A DNA stretch of 59,534 nucleotides, filler included, from Ionaspis alba (lineage: Eukaryota), in the NCBI GenBank assembly GCA_964255285.1. It is 9 parts of 9 records of this genome, joined end to end, with 100 filler letters (N's around TTAATTAATTAA, not from the genome) between each part and the next. Parts side by side here need not be neighbours in the genome. Positions count along the whole stretch, not along the records: positions 20,061 to 26,592 come from CAXUUL010000911.1; positions 26,693 to 33,217 come from CAXUUL010000912.1; positions 33,318 to 39,813 come from CAXUUL010000913.1; 6 more parts are not named here. One strand, 5' to 3'. Made by a program: the position numbers and the translations under genes. Positions 22,529-35,604 of the stretch are shown in pieces. The notes beneath the pieces were generated by a model that was not told the DNA's origin, did not search any database, and was given only the letters and a program-made list of their open reading frames with translations. Each line of letters begins with the position of its first letter. Positions within the stretch are counted from its first letter, which is position 1.

Positions 22529-24499
22529 CTCGACGGTTACTCGGTGGATTGTTTGTTTGAAGTTGCACTGGGTGTCAACTGTATTACTACTAGATGACAA
22601 TGAAGATGGTGTATGAACGAAGGAGAAGAAGCTCAGTGATGGGATGGATTGGATACTGAGACGAGAGGGAGACGCAAGTTGGAAGGAGAGGAGAGAAGGG
22701 AGGAAGAGCGGGAGGAAAAGGAAGGAAGCTCCAGGCAATAGTGTTTTGGCAGCAGCTCCAGAGCTCGGGTCTTGGCGGGGGGACGAGCTAGGCTATAATA
22801 GCGTCATGACTGGCACAGTAACCCCGCCCTCTAGCAGCCAAAGCAGGTTCTCGTGCCGCGCAACGACTGCAGTCTTCTCAGCGACCGATCGAACTGGGGC
22901 GTTTGGCAAGGCCATCTCGAGTTTCAACATCGACACTAGAATTCCTGTGACAGACAAATGCCACGCCAATTACAATATCTTAATAGATCTCTTGTTCGCG
23001 CGGGTCTTCATTTGATACCTCTGAAGCATACGTTCAGTGTTCCTGCTGAAGGCCACGAATTGTGAAAGCTGCATTGATTTCGTGCATATGGGATTTGTTG
23101 GTTATGTCATGGTCGCTTGCAGGAGCTCTCCGTGGCTGAGATGCGCACAACCAGTACTTTACGAGAGATTGCACCAGAGACATTTTCACCTTAGTACATC
23201 TAGTACTTCTACTACTTGGAACCCGAGAAGACCGTGCATGGAGCATACATGTCTGCTGGAGATAAAGCTAGCATAGAATGGGAATCTCCAATCCCACAGA
23301 TCTACAAAGTCTTCGCACCAAGCAACAAAGTCGACTCCGTACCCAAGCGACCTTTGTACCACAGATGTACACTGTTCCAGCCCCTTCGGCACCCTCTCCT
23401 GTCTTTTCCCCGCAACATTCGTCTCCACGATCAAATGGTGCATATGCATCCAACCATCATCCCGGCCGGATCCCTTCGCACCCTCACGGTGATTAGCGAG
23501 GAGTCGAAGACAGGCACTGGCAGCCGCTGTGCTTTCTCTATCATTGGCTGCATGCCTTTTTTCCCTTCGTGATCATCTGACTGGGACCGGTAGTTCGTGT
23601 AGAGGTAGTGCGATCGACTAATGATCGTGGGCGGAGGAGCAGCGTATGCCCCCAGCGGACACGATTCATCCTCTCGGAACACATCGATTCTGCCGATGGA
23701 CCATGTTCCGGCCGCTCTTCCGCTCGAGAGAGATGGGATTATCATTATTGGAGAGGCTTTTGGAACTCAGACCTACTTATGTTTGCCTGTGTATTGCTCT
23801 ACCGTGACGAGTACTCAATTATGCAGCACCGACAGTATTGATGATGTCAATACCTTTCACCATGAATTGGATGACAGAACTTTTGACTGCGGGACTTCAT
23901 AATGAGAAGACAACTGACCAATCCCATGAGAGATGCTTCGTTCCATATCATGCTTGGCATCATCAATACCGGGACCACGATATATCAACACGCTGAACTC
24001 GTGCTGCCATGCTGCCATTACATCAGGTTCACCAGTGTCATTACATTGACCGCCTGCTGGAGATGTTCGGCAACATTCAGCAACACTATGTCGCGGGTAA
24101 TTGACCTGCATTGATAGCCTTGGGTGCAATCGAGTCTTGTAGATGTAGACCTGATTGGTCGATCTGGATAGTACATCCATATCATCCGAATTCAATCGGC
24201 TGTAGTAAATTAATGCACGCTCAATCTATTAGAGTATGCAGTGGTAACAGCACTGCTATGGTGAAGTTCATGCGGGAAGAGACTCTTTGCCGGGTTCAAC
24301 CCAGACGATCTCGTTGCCGACGAAACAAAACTGTAGCTCTCCTCCCATAACCCACCAATTGACCATGCTGGAAAGGAGCAGAGAACAGACGTTTCATCAT
24401 TTGCTGAATCTCTCGGAGATGTCGTGCATTGATTACTGCATACCATCGTGGGCTCGAGGCACAAAAAGTGGCTGAGGAACACACGAGTGGACGACGACC

Positions 24500-26587
24500 A
24501 TGTCGATCATACCGTACCCATCCAGTCGCGAGATTGTCTTGTGAGCACTCAATTCATCCAGGAAAACTTTGCAACATATGATAATAACAGCCTTCCCAAA
24601 CAGGCGCCACAAAGATTCCGTCGTCGTCTACGACCCTGCCTCGAAACAACTTGTCGTCCGCAACGCCCCCGTCCAGAACGAATTGGACCTCACAGAATGT
24701 CCATACTGCCACCGACCAATGCGAGAGGAAGCTCGGGACGCTGGAGATCCCAATCATGGCTCAAGCACCAGTGCAGCTGCAAGCTTCGCCAGTCCCGAAT
24801 ACTTCCGCATGCTCCACCACAGCTTGCCTGGATCCAACGAGTCATCCAGTCCTCCATCACCACGAAGACGACTCACAAATCCTGTTCTGTCCGGCCGCGG
24901 CACTCCAAACTATCCCCCACCTGGAGCCGAGTTTGTTGCTAGCTCACCCGCGTCTCCTCCCTCTCCACAAGGGATATCGTCGACAGCATTCAGTCCGAAC
25001 TATTTCACGAGGTTCTTCATTGAAGAGCGGGAGCTGGGAAGAGGAGGGAAAGGAGTCGTTCTGCTGGTCAAACATGTATTAGACGGAGTATCATTAGGAC
25101 ACTTTGCTTTGAAGAGGATACCCGTGGGAGATGACCATGAATGGCTGGAGAAAGTCCTCATTGAGGTCCAGCTTCTACAACATCTCTCACATCAAAACCT
25201 GGTCTCATATCGACATGTATGGCTGGAGGATGCCAAGTTGAACAATTTCGGTCCCAGTATACCATGTGCCTTTGTTCTGCAGCAGTACTGCAATGCTGGT
25301 GACTTGCATAATTATATTTGCTCCTCCGCCGAGGCGAGGATCACAACCGAACAACTCAAAAACCGGATCAGACGACGATCAAAACACCAGCCGGAACCGC
25401 CTGAGGATCTTCATGGCCCTCGAAAGCTTCAATTCGAGGAGATCTATTCCTTTTTCAAAGACATTACTTCAGGGCTGAACCACTTGCACGTCAATGGCTA
25501 CATTCACCGAGATCTCAAACCCAGCAATTGCCTTCTCCACGACACAGGCAACGAGATCAGAGTCCTCGTCAGCGATTTTGGAGAAGTACAGGCAGAAAGC
25601 ATGGCCCGCAGGTCTACGGGTGCCACAGGCACAATCAGCTACTGTGCACCCGAAGTATTACGAAGAGACTACTCAACCGGCTCCTTTGGCAACTTCACCA
25701 CCAAATCCGACGTCTTTTCTCTAGGCATGATTCTCTATTTCCTCTGCTTCGCCCAACTCCCCTACCGCAACGCCGACAACATGAACGAAGAAAACGAAGA
25801 CATCGACGAGCTACGAGCTGAGATCTCCACATGGCAAGGTCTAGAAGACCAACGAGATATGCGGCCAGATCTACCCGAGAAACTCTACAAATTCCTGCGA
25901 CGACTTCTCTCATTAGATCCAACAAGCAGACCCACGGCAGAAGAAATCCTCCACGGAATCAAAACCGGCTCCGGCCTCGAAGAGTCCACAGACACCCGCC
26001 CTCGACCCACCAGCCATTTCTTCGAAGAAGTCCGCAACAGTTCCAGAATATCACCAGCCGACACACCAGCGGACGGAAGTCCCATGCCCAAATCGCCGGG
26101 CCAGAAACCGTCCAACATCTTCCGCGCAGCACCACCCGGCAAACTCCGCCTCTCGCCTCTGCACGAAAGCCGGCGGAACTCCTCTTCCAGAGCCGCAGAC
26201 GACGGAAACACAGCCACCAGTCCCGGTGGAAGTCTCGTCCTCCGCTCCCCTCACACCTCCCCCGTCAAGCTCGCAGACCCCCCCATTGTGCTCAACCCGC
26301 CCACAAGCCGCTTCTACTTCCAAAACCCCAGGACCCTACACACCTGGAAAATCGTGTTCTTCCTCCTCAAAATCCTCTCCATCAGTCTGCCCTGCGCGCC
26401 CGTCGCCGCTAAACCCGGAACGGCACTTCCGCTGCTCGGGTTGGCGACTCTGGATCTGTTGCTGGATGGGTTTGGTATTTATATCCCGCTGTTGCTTGCG
26501 CTGATGCATGGTATGACACTTTATGGGACGATGAAGGCGGGCGTTTTGTGTTTTCCAAAAGCGAGTTTGTGGGCGGCGGATGTTTAG
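24500..26587 (+). CDS. IKS1: IKS1-family Ser/Thr protein kinase (exons 24500-24540, 24604-26587)
   Basis: LGRGGKGVV, FALKRIPVGDDHEWLEKVLIEV, HRDLKPSNCLL, DFGE, GTISYCAPE, SDVFSLG. N-terminal MSIIPY..REIVLRH and CPYC, with a hydrophobic C-terminal tail. Confidence 0.88.
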
Positions 26588-26592
26588 TTGCG

Positions 26593-26692
26593 NNNNNNNN
26601 NNNNNNNNNNNNNNNNNNNNNNNNNNNNNNNNNNNNTTAATTAATTAANNNNNNNNNNNNNNNNNNNNNNNNNNNNNNNNNNNNNNNNNNNN
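26593..26692. other. Artificial contig linker
   Basis: N44-TTAATTAATTAA-N44. Confidence 0.97.
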
Positions 26693-27000
26693 AAGTTCAA
26701 GGGGGCTTACTGTGTCCTTGATAGAACGAGGTTGAAGAATTAAAAGACTTTTTAGGCGCGGGAGACAGCCGCAATAGCCACCGTGCAAGGCTAATATTGC
26801 CCTTCCTCGTCTAGGTAGCACCAACCGAGACGCTTCCTACGTGATAATGACGTTTTCGTTCTACGATGGCCGCACGCTGCCGGTTGCAAGGACCGTCTCA
26901 ATTTCTCATATCGAAATTCGGTATCACATCTGAATAAGTCCAAATCTGCTGCCGAATTACTCTCAAGAACATCCACTACTAGTCACCATACCACAACATT

Positions 27001-27610
27001 ATGTGTGCGGCTCGCAACCCAGACTCCCTCACTCCCGCCCAGGGCGAGTTCCATCCCAGCCGTCCTCGCGACGAGCCCATGACCAAGCATGGAGTTTGTT
27101 CCCTCGGATACAATCCTCTTAATCCTTGTCTGCTAACCCATCGCGGCTCAGCACAAGCCAGGTGTCTTGGTAGGCAATGACGCCGTTCCTGAATTCCAAG
27201 CCAAAACCCTCCCTCCTGGCAGTGCCCCGGCGGACCGCACCTTCCAGCCAAATGCAAGCTCCGAAGTCCCTGGTCAAGCCGACAACGAGGCCCAGCTTGC
27301 TTCTGACGATAAGGAGAGCACCTACACCTCAGCGGAGTCAACACTCGGCGGATCAACCTCTAGTGATGTGAACAAAGGTATGGGAAAGCCGATGAGTGGG
27401 CAGACTTCTGCAGATACCCGCCATGGGGAAAGGCAAGGACTAGTTGGAGTTGGGGCCAGCGGAGCGCCCAGTACGAACCAAATGGCAGATGAGAGGGTCG
27501 ATCCCAAGCAGAGAGCCTTGGAGAGGGAGTCCGGGGACATTGCTGGCAAGAAAGTTACGGACAAGATCGACATTGGTGCGGATGAATTGCCGTCAACGAC
27601 TGTTGAGTAG
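27001..27610 (+). CDS. Small hydrophilic (hydrophilin-like) fungal protein (exons 27001-27093, 27152-27610)
   Basis: MCAARNPDSLTPAQGEFHPSRPRDEPMTKHG|HKPGVLVGNDAVPEFQAKTLPPG...TLGGSTSSDVNKGMGKPMSGQTS. Intron GTTTGT..GCTAAC..CAG. Rich in Gly/Ser/Asp with no hydrophobic core. Confidence 0.75.
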
Positions 27611-28367
27611 GTTGCTGGGAAGGGGATTGAGTGCGCGGAGCTTCAGATCCATGGCCAGCTCTTGGAGGTGAACGTGTCGCTTACTTGATTTGCAATCATA
27701 TTGTCTACCAAACTTGCAGGACTTGGACGACACAGTAGCCGCGAGGACTATGATTAGCTAGCTCAATTGCATGTTGGCTCGACATGGGAAATATTGTCAG
27801 TGTGACAATCCTGAAAGAGGTGCTACATTAGCTTATAGAGCAATTGCGAGACGCGGCCTTCGTCGAATCATATGTGATTGGTAAACGCTCGGTATTAGAT
27901 CTAGCCCGAAGTTGTTGGACCTGCTAACGTTTCGGTTCGCTCTGATGTTCAAAGTGGTTGCAGGATTTAGTCGTAGGATGCCGTGGTGGCTTGCGTTTCG
28001 GTGCTCGGCCTTATGCTTAATAATGTGTTAACCACCGTGGTTACGTTGTCCCACGACATAGCAGTGTACACGAGGATGCGGGGTGCAATCGGCAAAGGTT
28101 GAATAAGCAGATTGATACGTTTAACACTGGAAATCTGATTATGCAGCAAGTCAGGTGCCTAATCTAATGTAGTCAGACCAACATGAACAATGCATTGATA
28201 CGACTGTTCTATTAGTCAATACAATTGAATATAAAGGAGGTCAATTGGCCGGTATTTGCCTAACAGTCAACAATTCTCGAGCACATATCGGCAAGTCTAT
28301 TAGCCAACAAACCTACAATACCATTATCAAGCTACCAAATATACATTCATAGTCTTTGATCTCTAAA

Positions 28368-29270
28368 ATGTCGGATACTATCAAGAATGTCATCATCCTC
28401 GGTGCCGGCGGCAACCTTGGCCCTGTTGTTCTAGAAGCCCTAACTAGTGACGGTCACTTTACGGTCTCCATCCTCTCCCGAAAGTCGTCCAAGTCCACCT
28501 TTCCATCCGACATCAAGGTTCATACCATCGACGACGATTACCCCGAAGCCCAGCTTCTGGAGGCCTTCAAGGGTCAAGATGCCGTGGTCTCCCTGATCGC
28601 GGGCTTCCATGTCAAGCAAGAAATCGCCATTATCGATGCCGCTATCAAGGCAGGCGTTAAGCGTTTTCTGCCCTCCGAATTTGGCGGCAACATGGACAAT
28701 CCGAAGATGCGCGAAGCCCTCCCTTTTTTTTCGGCAAAATTCGAAGTCACAGAACACCTGAGAAAGCAAGAATCTAAAGGAATGACTTGGTCGGGTATCG
28801 TCACAGGGCCTTTCTTCGATTGGGGTCTCAAGACTGGGTTCCTCGGGTTCGATCTATCCTCGCAGAAGGCTACCATATATGATGACGGCAAGGGGAGATT
28901 CGGAACCACGAACGTCGCGACAATTGGTCTTGCGGTTGCTCGTACGCTTCACAAATTAAAGGAGACTACCAATCGGCATGTCTACATCGCCTCCACCACA
29001 ACCAGTCAGAGTGAAGTCCTCGTGTCTTTGGAGAAAGCCACGGGGAAGAAGTGGGACGTCTCTCACGCTTCCATTGCGGCAAAAGTCCAGGAAGGTAAGG
29101 ATAGCGTCGCCAAGGGTGATATGAGCGGATACTTTGTCTGGCTTCAGGCAGCAATTCATAGCAATGGAAGTGGAGCAGATTATGCAAGTGATGAGCCTTT
29201 AGACAACAAGCTGCTGGAGCTGCCAGCTGAAAATCTAGACGACATGATTTCGAGTGTCGTCAAGGGATAG
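28368..29270 (+). CDS. NmrA-like / isoflavone-reductase family NAD(P)-binding oxidoreductase (CipA-like)
   Basis: VIILGAGGNLG Rossmann motif, AFKGQDAVVS, IDAAIKAGVKRFLPSEFG, TGPFFDWG. Confidence 0.9.
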   Translation: MSDTIKNVIILGAGGNLGPVVLEALTSDGHFTVSILSRKSSKSTFPSDIKVHTIDDDYPEAQLLEAFKGQDAVVSLIAGFHVKQEIAIIDAAIKAGVKRFLPSEFGGNMDNPKMREALPFFSAKFEVTEHLRKQESKGMTWSGIVTGPFFDWGLKTGFLGFDLSSQKATIYDDGKGRFGTTNVATIGLAVARTLHKLKETTNRHVYIASTTTSQSEVLVSLEKATGKKWDVSHASIAAKVQEGKDSVAKGDMSGYFVWLQAAIHSNGSGADYASDEPLDNKLLELPAENLDDMISSVVKG

Positions 29271-29501
29271 ACGGGCGGCAGGAGCAGTCGGGGGAGTTTC
29301 AAGATCCGGGATTAGCACTATTAGCTTGTTAATCTTTTCATTCTGCAAAAACAAGTTCCAGTGCGAAGTCCCGGTCGTCACGATCTCACTGGAATGAGAG
29401 GAAAGGACAATGATATGAGATTAGCTCACCGGAAAAGAAGATTTCTTGTAAGCCCTGACATCCTACGAGAATAGTGAAAGTTCTAACGCCCTATCCATAT
29501 G

Positions 29502-30317
29502 CTATTGCTTCACCCTCCTCTTCTCCTTCTTCTTGTTGCTTTCCTTCCCAGACCCGCTATTCTCCAGCTGAGCAACAGGACCTCCACTCTGCATCTCCTG
29601 CATCATCTCTTTAAACATGTTCTCCGACACACCGCCTCCGCTCAATGCTGGCGAGTGTATTGGCAGTATACTTCCCATCTTCCATCCCCTTGGCACGGCA
29701 GGTGGAATAGGCTTATCTGGCATCGGCATCCCCGTAATGTGCATCTCTCGTCGCATGGGAGTATTCTGAGTGGTAGGATTCGCTTTCAAATACTTTGCTA
29801 CCAAAATGTACAAATGATGCTCTGTTCCGGTCAGCCATAAATCTCTCGATTCCATGCTTTGTAACATGAACCCACTATTTGCAATCCGTTTGTCCACGAC
29901 CCTCCCGTTCTCCTTCAATAGCACCTTCACCCTTCCTGGATTCGCCCAGTCCTTCGGATGTTGTCTTCCAGGGTCAAACATGACATTCAGCCCTAGCAAC
30001 TTCACTGCTTCCGCAATTTCCCTTGCTAGTGGATTTTCAACAGCTAGTTCCTTGCCAATTCGTCTTCCTTGAGTACGAGTTCGAGTCGCATCGAAGTAGA
30101 CCGCATAGAGACATTGCCACTCCTTGTACTTTTCTTTGTCCTTAGTGAGGTTTGCCGAGCCTTTGAATTGAGGTTGTAGACCTTGAGGTGGGGACGTTGG
30201 TGGGGCAATGTTGGCAGGGCGAATTAAGGCGTCGGAGGGGTCGAAGTCGGCGGGATCTTGATCGGATGGATCCGAGTCTGAGTCTGAGACTTCTTCTATT
30301 CGAGCGTTGCGAGACAT
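29502..30317 (-). CDS. SEC65: Signal recognition particle subunit Sec65/SRP19 (intron 29875-29822)
   Basis: WQCLYAVYFDATRTRTQGRRIGKELAVENPLAREI..HPKDWANPGRVKV..ANKHHLYILVA after removing a 54-nt GTGGGT..GCTGAC..CAG intron. Confidence 0.9.
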   Translation of the reverse strand: MSRNARIEEVSDSDSDPSDQDPADFDPSDALIRPANIAPPTSPPQGLQPQFKGSANLTKDKEKYKEWQCLYAVYFDATRTRTQGRRIGKELAVENPLAREIAEAVKLLGLNVMFDPGRQHPKDWANPGRVKVLLKENGRVVDKRIANSGFMLQSMESRDLWLTGTEHHLYILVAKYLKANPTTQNTPMRREMHITGMPMPDKPIPPAVPRGWKMGSILPIHSPALSGGGVSENMFKEMMQEMQSGGPVAQLENSGSGKESNKKKEKRRVKQ

Positions 30318-30933
30318 GTGGAAAACAAGGACTCGGAAAGAGAGTGAGATTATGGCGCGGGAGTTGTGGTTTCAATATTGGCGAGACGTTAGCGTGCTTC
30401 TAAGGCCGGACTACAAGTTGATCGAAGTGGATTTATGAGATTCGAAAGACTGCGACTGACATGGCAGTCTATAACTTGAAAGCATTCGCACCCGAGACGA
30501 CAACCGCCTGCTGCTGTTGCCCTTGCAAGAGGCACAGTACTCAAACGAAGCTAGACATTGTGGCGAAGAAGTAGTACCAAGTTACCACATCGGGAAGGAC
30601 AGTTTGATCGAGTATCAGTAGATTGACTACTACGCATGCTAGACATGCTCTCAAACCTTCCCCAGATATTGGTGCATTAGTCCGTAGTGAGCCAAATACA
30701 ATTGAGGCACCAACGCCCCAAACACCTCCAAATCTCGGCTTCTGCGTTTCCTTTCTGCGAGCTAAGAGACTGAACGCACGACTCACGATCACGAAAGACA
30801 GTCAATACCGCAAAAAGCAACCACATATTATTGAATGCGAACGCCTGAAGATGCACGAGACTAATTCCCCCAACGCCACGCTAAGCAAGATGCAACTGTA
30901 AATCAAAGTCAAGCTAGTATCCAAGCCATGTGC

Positions 30934-32742
30934 TCAACGTCTGGAGCCCATTCTGGTATAAGCACGTGCCAAAGTCCTTTTCTCTTTCGGCTCTGGTTCA
31001 AGCACTGAGATGACGTCTCGCATCTGGATCCCTGATCCTCCCTCTCGATCCTCACGGAAGTCTCCAATCTGCTTCTTACCAGGAGGCAAAGCTCCAGCAC
31101 CACCGCCAGGCCCATTGGCCAACTTTGATTGAGAAGATTGGTTCGTATTCACGCGAGGTGGTCCTGGAAATCCAGTAGTACTGGCCGGAGAAGCATTGCT
31201 CGTCATCCACGAGAGTTGCTTCCCACCCAATGCCATCTTTAGAGTACTATTGGTTGTGGCGTGCTGTTGGGCTTCAGTGGCTTTGGCGTCGGCCTGCCGT
31301 CGTTGCTCCTTTTTGGTAGATGCCTTTCTTGAATCAACATCAGGTGCTCGCTCGCCTAGAATTCCAGAGGCAGTCGACCCAGGTGTTCCCAGGGACACTG
31401 ATCCCGCTCTACTAATTTCCCCAGATAACAGACCATTGACATTCCTGTTGGACCGCTTGGCAGCTCTGGCTTCCTCCACAGACCGCTCTGACTGAATGGC
31501 TTGACGCAAAACCTGCGTGAGCTGGTTGGGAAAGGCAATTGTGCTAGGCGATTTTGCCCCATCTGAGACTGGTGTTGGTAATGAGTTCGCCTCGGAGTAG
31601 GAACCTATATTTTATCAATAAACGATCTCAAACATAATGGCAAGTCGCATACGCTTAAGTGGGTTCTCCTTAGGCGATACTGCACTGTTACCTGGAGTAG
31701 GAAAAGCAGATGCAGGGTCTGGAATCCCGTTGCCAATAGCTAAATCAACCAGCTCCGAAGGTACTTTGCCGTGTGCACCTGTTCTCCTGCCTCTTGCGAG
31801 AGTAGCTGTATCTTCTACTACATTGCGAAGTCGCTCCTGTGTTGCCAATGACAGAAGAGTTAAAATCTCTGCCATTGGGGCATTTTCGTACAATAAATCT
31901 TCACCTTTGACCATAACAAGCATTTCATTCTTATCTGGTCCAGCGACAGCTAGCTGAAGGCCTTGGCCAGAGCGGTTGTTCGTCGTGAGAAGACCTGCTT
32001 TGTTGACCGTCACTTGCATCGAATCTGTGTGCTTCGACATCCGGCGGTGTACAGAACTACCAGACAAGAACGGATCGTTCAGGTGGTACTGCTTTCTCTC
32101 CGCCTTCCGACGAATCGCCCGTTTCTTATCCGCTTCCACTCGGTCCTCTACAGACTGAATGGTCGCCGCGGGTTGATTGAATGTGCCCGCACCATAGAAG
32201 CTACCTCTGTCACCAGGGATGTTTGTAGATAGCGAATTGAATTGTCTGTAACCAGAATATTCACCCGTCGACCCGCCTGGTGGTCCTGCAATACTTTGAT
32301 GAGTACTTTGGTCCTGAATAAATGGGCTACCATTTTGTTGCTGATGTGTGGAATTGAATCTGTTGACCAACGCAGCCTCTTCTTCCCTCAAGTCCACTCC
32401 GGAGCCTGCTAGAACATCAGACAGGTCATTCACATCGGTTGGTTTATCCGCAGGTGCCGGTCTGGAAGGCGGCCCCATAACACCTGTTGCCGGCATAGCC
32501 TGAGGTGCGTCGAGGTAAGGCCGCGGCTGATGTCCATTTGGCTGCGCGCCAAAATGTGGGCTGCTGAACATCTGGTTCGGTAGGGAGCCGTTGCTCATAC
32601 TGGGCGATGTGTAGGGTGAGGGTGGATTCGGTGATAGCCTCTGCCTCTTACTCGGCGGAAGATATGCGGCTGGATGCGGTGAAGGCGTGGAGCGTGGCGG
32701 CGAGTAGGCGCGAGGTGGATACTGATGCTGTGACTGCGCCAT
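30934..32742 (-). CDS. TAF4: TFIID subunit TAF4 (exons 32742-31653, 31604-30934)
   Basis: DVNDLSDVLAGSGVDLREEEAAL, histone-fold-like LLSLATQERLRNVVE, ATTNSTLKMALGG, and C-terminal IQMRDVISVLE. A 48-nt GTATGC..TAG intron joins the two ORFs. Confidence 0.85.
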
Positions 32743-33217
32743 GATTGCGATACTCCCGTCGATGAACGTTGACAGTCGTGTTCACTGTGCCTAAGCCAGC
32801 GCAGGAGCCGTTGCTCGAACTGCGCTAGCCTGAGCCTGCTGGATCTCCTCACTACTCATTCAAATGCGGCAAATCCAAGCTCGTAGATGCTGTTACTAAT
32901 TCTGGTGACTCAAATTGTGTAGCTGATGTGGGTACACATATGAGATGCCACAGGAGGAGGCACTTGAAGTTTGCTGTCACGTGGGTAGACTAATCGAGTT
33001 AGTTCGAGTGTTTCGCGATCCAGTCGAACCGCGAAATGATGCAGCAGTGAGACAAGCAGAAAACTATTTGCATTCCATTAGACCCAGCCGTGAGGCTACT
33101 CAAGGGTCTCGAAGCTCAGTACCATGCGTTTTTGTAGAGGTAAGAAGGTTAACTGCGATCTGAGGTGTGAGGACCCTCTGTGAAAAGCTTCAGCATAAAC
33201 TATGGCAGCCAAAAGGA

Positions 33218-33317
33218 NNNNNNNNNNNNNNNNNNNNNNNNNNNNNNNNNNNNNNNNNNNNTTAATTAATTAANNNNNNNNNNNNNNNNNNNNNNNNNNN
33301 NNNNNNNNNNNNNNNNN
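33218..33317. other. Artificial contig linker
   Basis: N44-TTAATTAATTAA-N44. Confidence 0.97.
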
Positions 33318-35520
33318 GGGGAAGAGGGGGAGGAGAGGATTTGGGGCAGAAGGATGCAAAATGCTGAAAGTGGTAGGCAAAGAAGGAGAATCCATGCTTG
33401 ATAGGTAGGCATGACTAAGCCCCACGATAATCTCCCCCATTTTTACTTTGCGCATCATGGAAGCTGAGGAAGATTAACGGTTCGTTGTGATTTGCTGCGA
33501 TGCAAATCCATACATCTCTTGGGATCTCTGCCGTCGTGGCATAATTTCCGCTGGGGAAGCAAGGGATGGTATCTAGGATGCGGAAAGGGGGAAGGGAGAA
33601 GGGAGAAAAGGAGAGGATCGTTGTCGGGAATAGCGACAGGTGAGGGATAACTGGGGTGGAGGTTGAGTGGTCGAGTATGGAAGATAGACAGTAGTGGGGC
33701 AGCGGCAGGCAGCCAGGTAGGCAGGCATCAGGCATTCAGGTCTGGAGAGAAAGGAAAGAAGAGGAACGAGGATTCAGCATCATCGCTCGGGTTGGATCCT
33801 CGGATGTTACCGCATCCACGGGTCTAAGCGAACCAACCAAAATGAAAGTGACATCTATCCCTAGCGGCCCTCCGATTGGTGCACACTCCTAGGACCACCC
33901 TGGTCCTCAACGCTACCTCAGCCAAGTTGTGTGGGGTGCGTGGGGTGCTCTGATTGGCTTCTGGGATGCTACTCCTTTTATGTACCGGTCAGGAGAAAGA
34001 CAAAGGGAGAAGGATCCAACGATGGAGAGGAAAAAGAAAAGAAAAGCGATGGCGACTAATTATGATTATGCTTCACATGTCATCATCTTAAAATTGCACT
34101 TTGTTTTTGATTGTAACGCTGGAAGTTGAACTTTCGAACTTTCTTTTTACCTGTCGCGTACCAGGAATGCCCCTGGTGCGTGTGCCGAGTGACAAGCATC
34201 GTTTCCCATGAAAACCACAGGAAGAGAGACTTTCTGATCGTCCCAGGGTACGGCTCGAATCTGCAGCTCGTGCGTCTCGGACGGCTCGGGTGTCAACCAC
34301 AGTTGACCAAGAAGTCAATCACGAACTCGAAAGATCGAGAAGTGATATCCCAGGGAAGCCTCTCTCTCTGCACGATCAGGTCAAGGGATGCCCCTCCCTT
34401 GCCTGCATCAAACCTTCTGCTGTGGCTTGCCCGCCTCTTGGCGAGAAGGAATCTGTCCACTCGGATGCCTCCTCGTACGGGACTGACTTTTGTCCTTCTT
34501 CCGGGGCCAAGCCCCTCCGGTTTATCCGACCAATGCGTACCCAAACCAATGATCTGGTACTTGGAGGAAGCTACGGTAGACGCGACCAGGCGGCTTTCGA
34601 ATGACCAATTCTTTGTCTCTCGAATCGATTGTTTCTGCCTCTACTAATGGGTTGTGGAACGCCAGATTCACTATTGGAAACATTGTCGCGTTGTTAGCCT
34701 CATCGCGTGATGGCGCAATCCAATCGCATCACACGACCACTTTCCCAAGCTTTGGCTCGGCACATGTGTCTCTTGTGTCTCATCTGGAGATCCGAGACGA
34801 GCGATGGGGCATGTCTAGTAGCCGGGGGAGGTGTGTACTGTACCATGGGGAGAGAGAGAGGGGCTTGGCTGGAAGAAAGGAAAGTAACGCGTTGCTGCGA
34901 TTGCCGCTTCATGTAAGTCAGCCTCATCTGTTCTCTTCTCTAGCCCGTGCGAGCAATTAGTGTAGCTATCCGCCTTCTACTACACTTCAGCTCAGCGATT
35001 TCTTGCATTTGGTGTCCATTAGCGCGAGATCCTTTACTTTCTTAATCTCAACGCCTCATTTCGAGTTATTCTTAGACAGGGTGATGGTACGAGTATACGA
35101 GTGGACTTTCCGTCCGTCCGCCCGTCCCTTCCCGCTACTGCTATTCATTGGCTTCAGCCTGAAGTTAAGAGAATACGTGCCGCTTCTGAAATTCGCATTT
35201 GCCCACACGTAGGTGGTACTACGTCTGCGAGGTTCTGGATGTCAGCCCGTTTGTTTTCTGGAGGAGATTAAGGACTTTGAGGCTGCAGTGTCTTGTCACG
35301 CCCGTTGATCACAAGCTGCGACAAAAAAAGGAGCATGCTCCAAAGTAGACATACACATCGGGAGGGTGTGTCCTGTCGCCTGGTCGACAAAAATTGGTGG
35401 GTCAAACGTGTCGCGAATTTGTGGAGGATTGACAAGGCTGAGGCGTTGGATCACCTGATGCGGTTTCAGGAGCTCTGGCCATGGCGGACTTGGCTGACGT
35501 GCTCAGGCACCGTCAAGCAG

Positions 35521-35604
35521 ACGGTTTGGGATTGAGGTTTCGTCCCATCGTCAGAGGCTCTTACGGTTTAGGATTGAGGATTCGTCTCATTGTCAGAGGC
35601 TCTT
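35521..35604. repeat. 42-bp tandem duplication (2 copies, 4 mismatches)
   Basis: acggtttgggattgaggtttcgtcccatcgtcagaggctctt / acggtttaggattgaggattcgtctcattgtcagaggctctt. Confidence 0.9.

Noticed and set aside
23030..24480. Many 60-120 aa ORFs between the opsin and IKS1
   Set aside because: They overlap, carry no recognisable motif and give no consistent splice model, so I treated the region as intergenic.
26693..26720. TTCAAGGGGGCTTACT resembles the 3' conserved region of RNase MRP RNA
   Set aside because: Only about 15 nt at a contig edge with no pairing partner in the window. It cannot be supported without extension and an Rfam search.
35521..35604. Hammerhead-like core on the minus strand (CTGACGA-TGGGAC-GAAA) within the 42-bp duplication
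   Set aside because: Stem II cannot pair, stems I and III lack complementarity, and the second copy loses the core.
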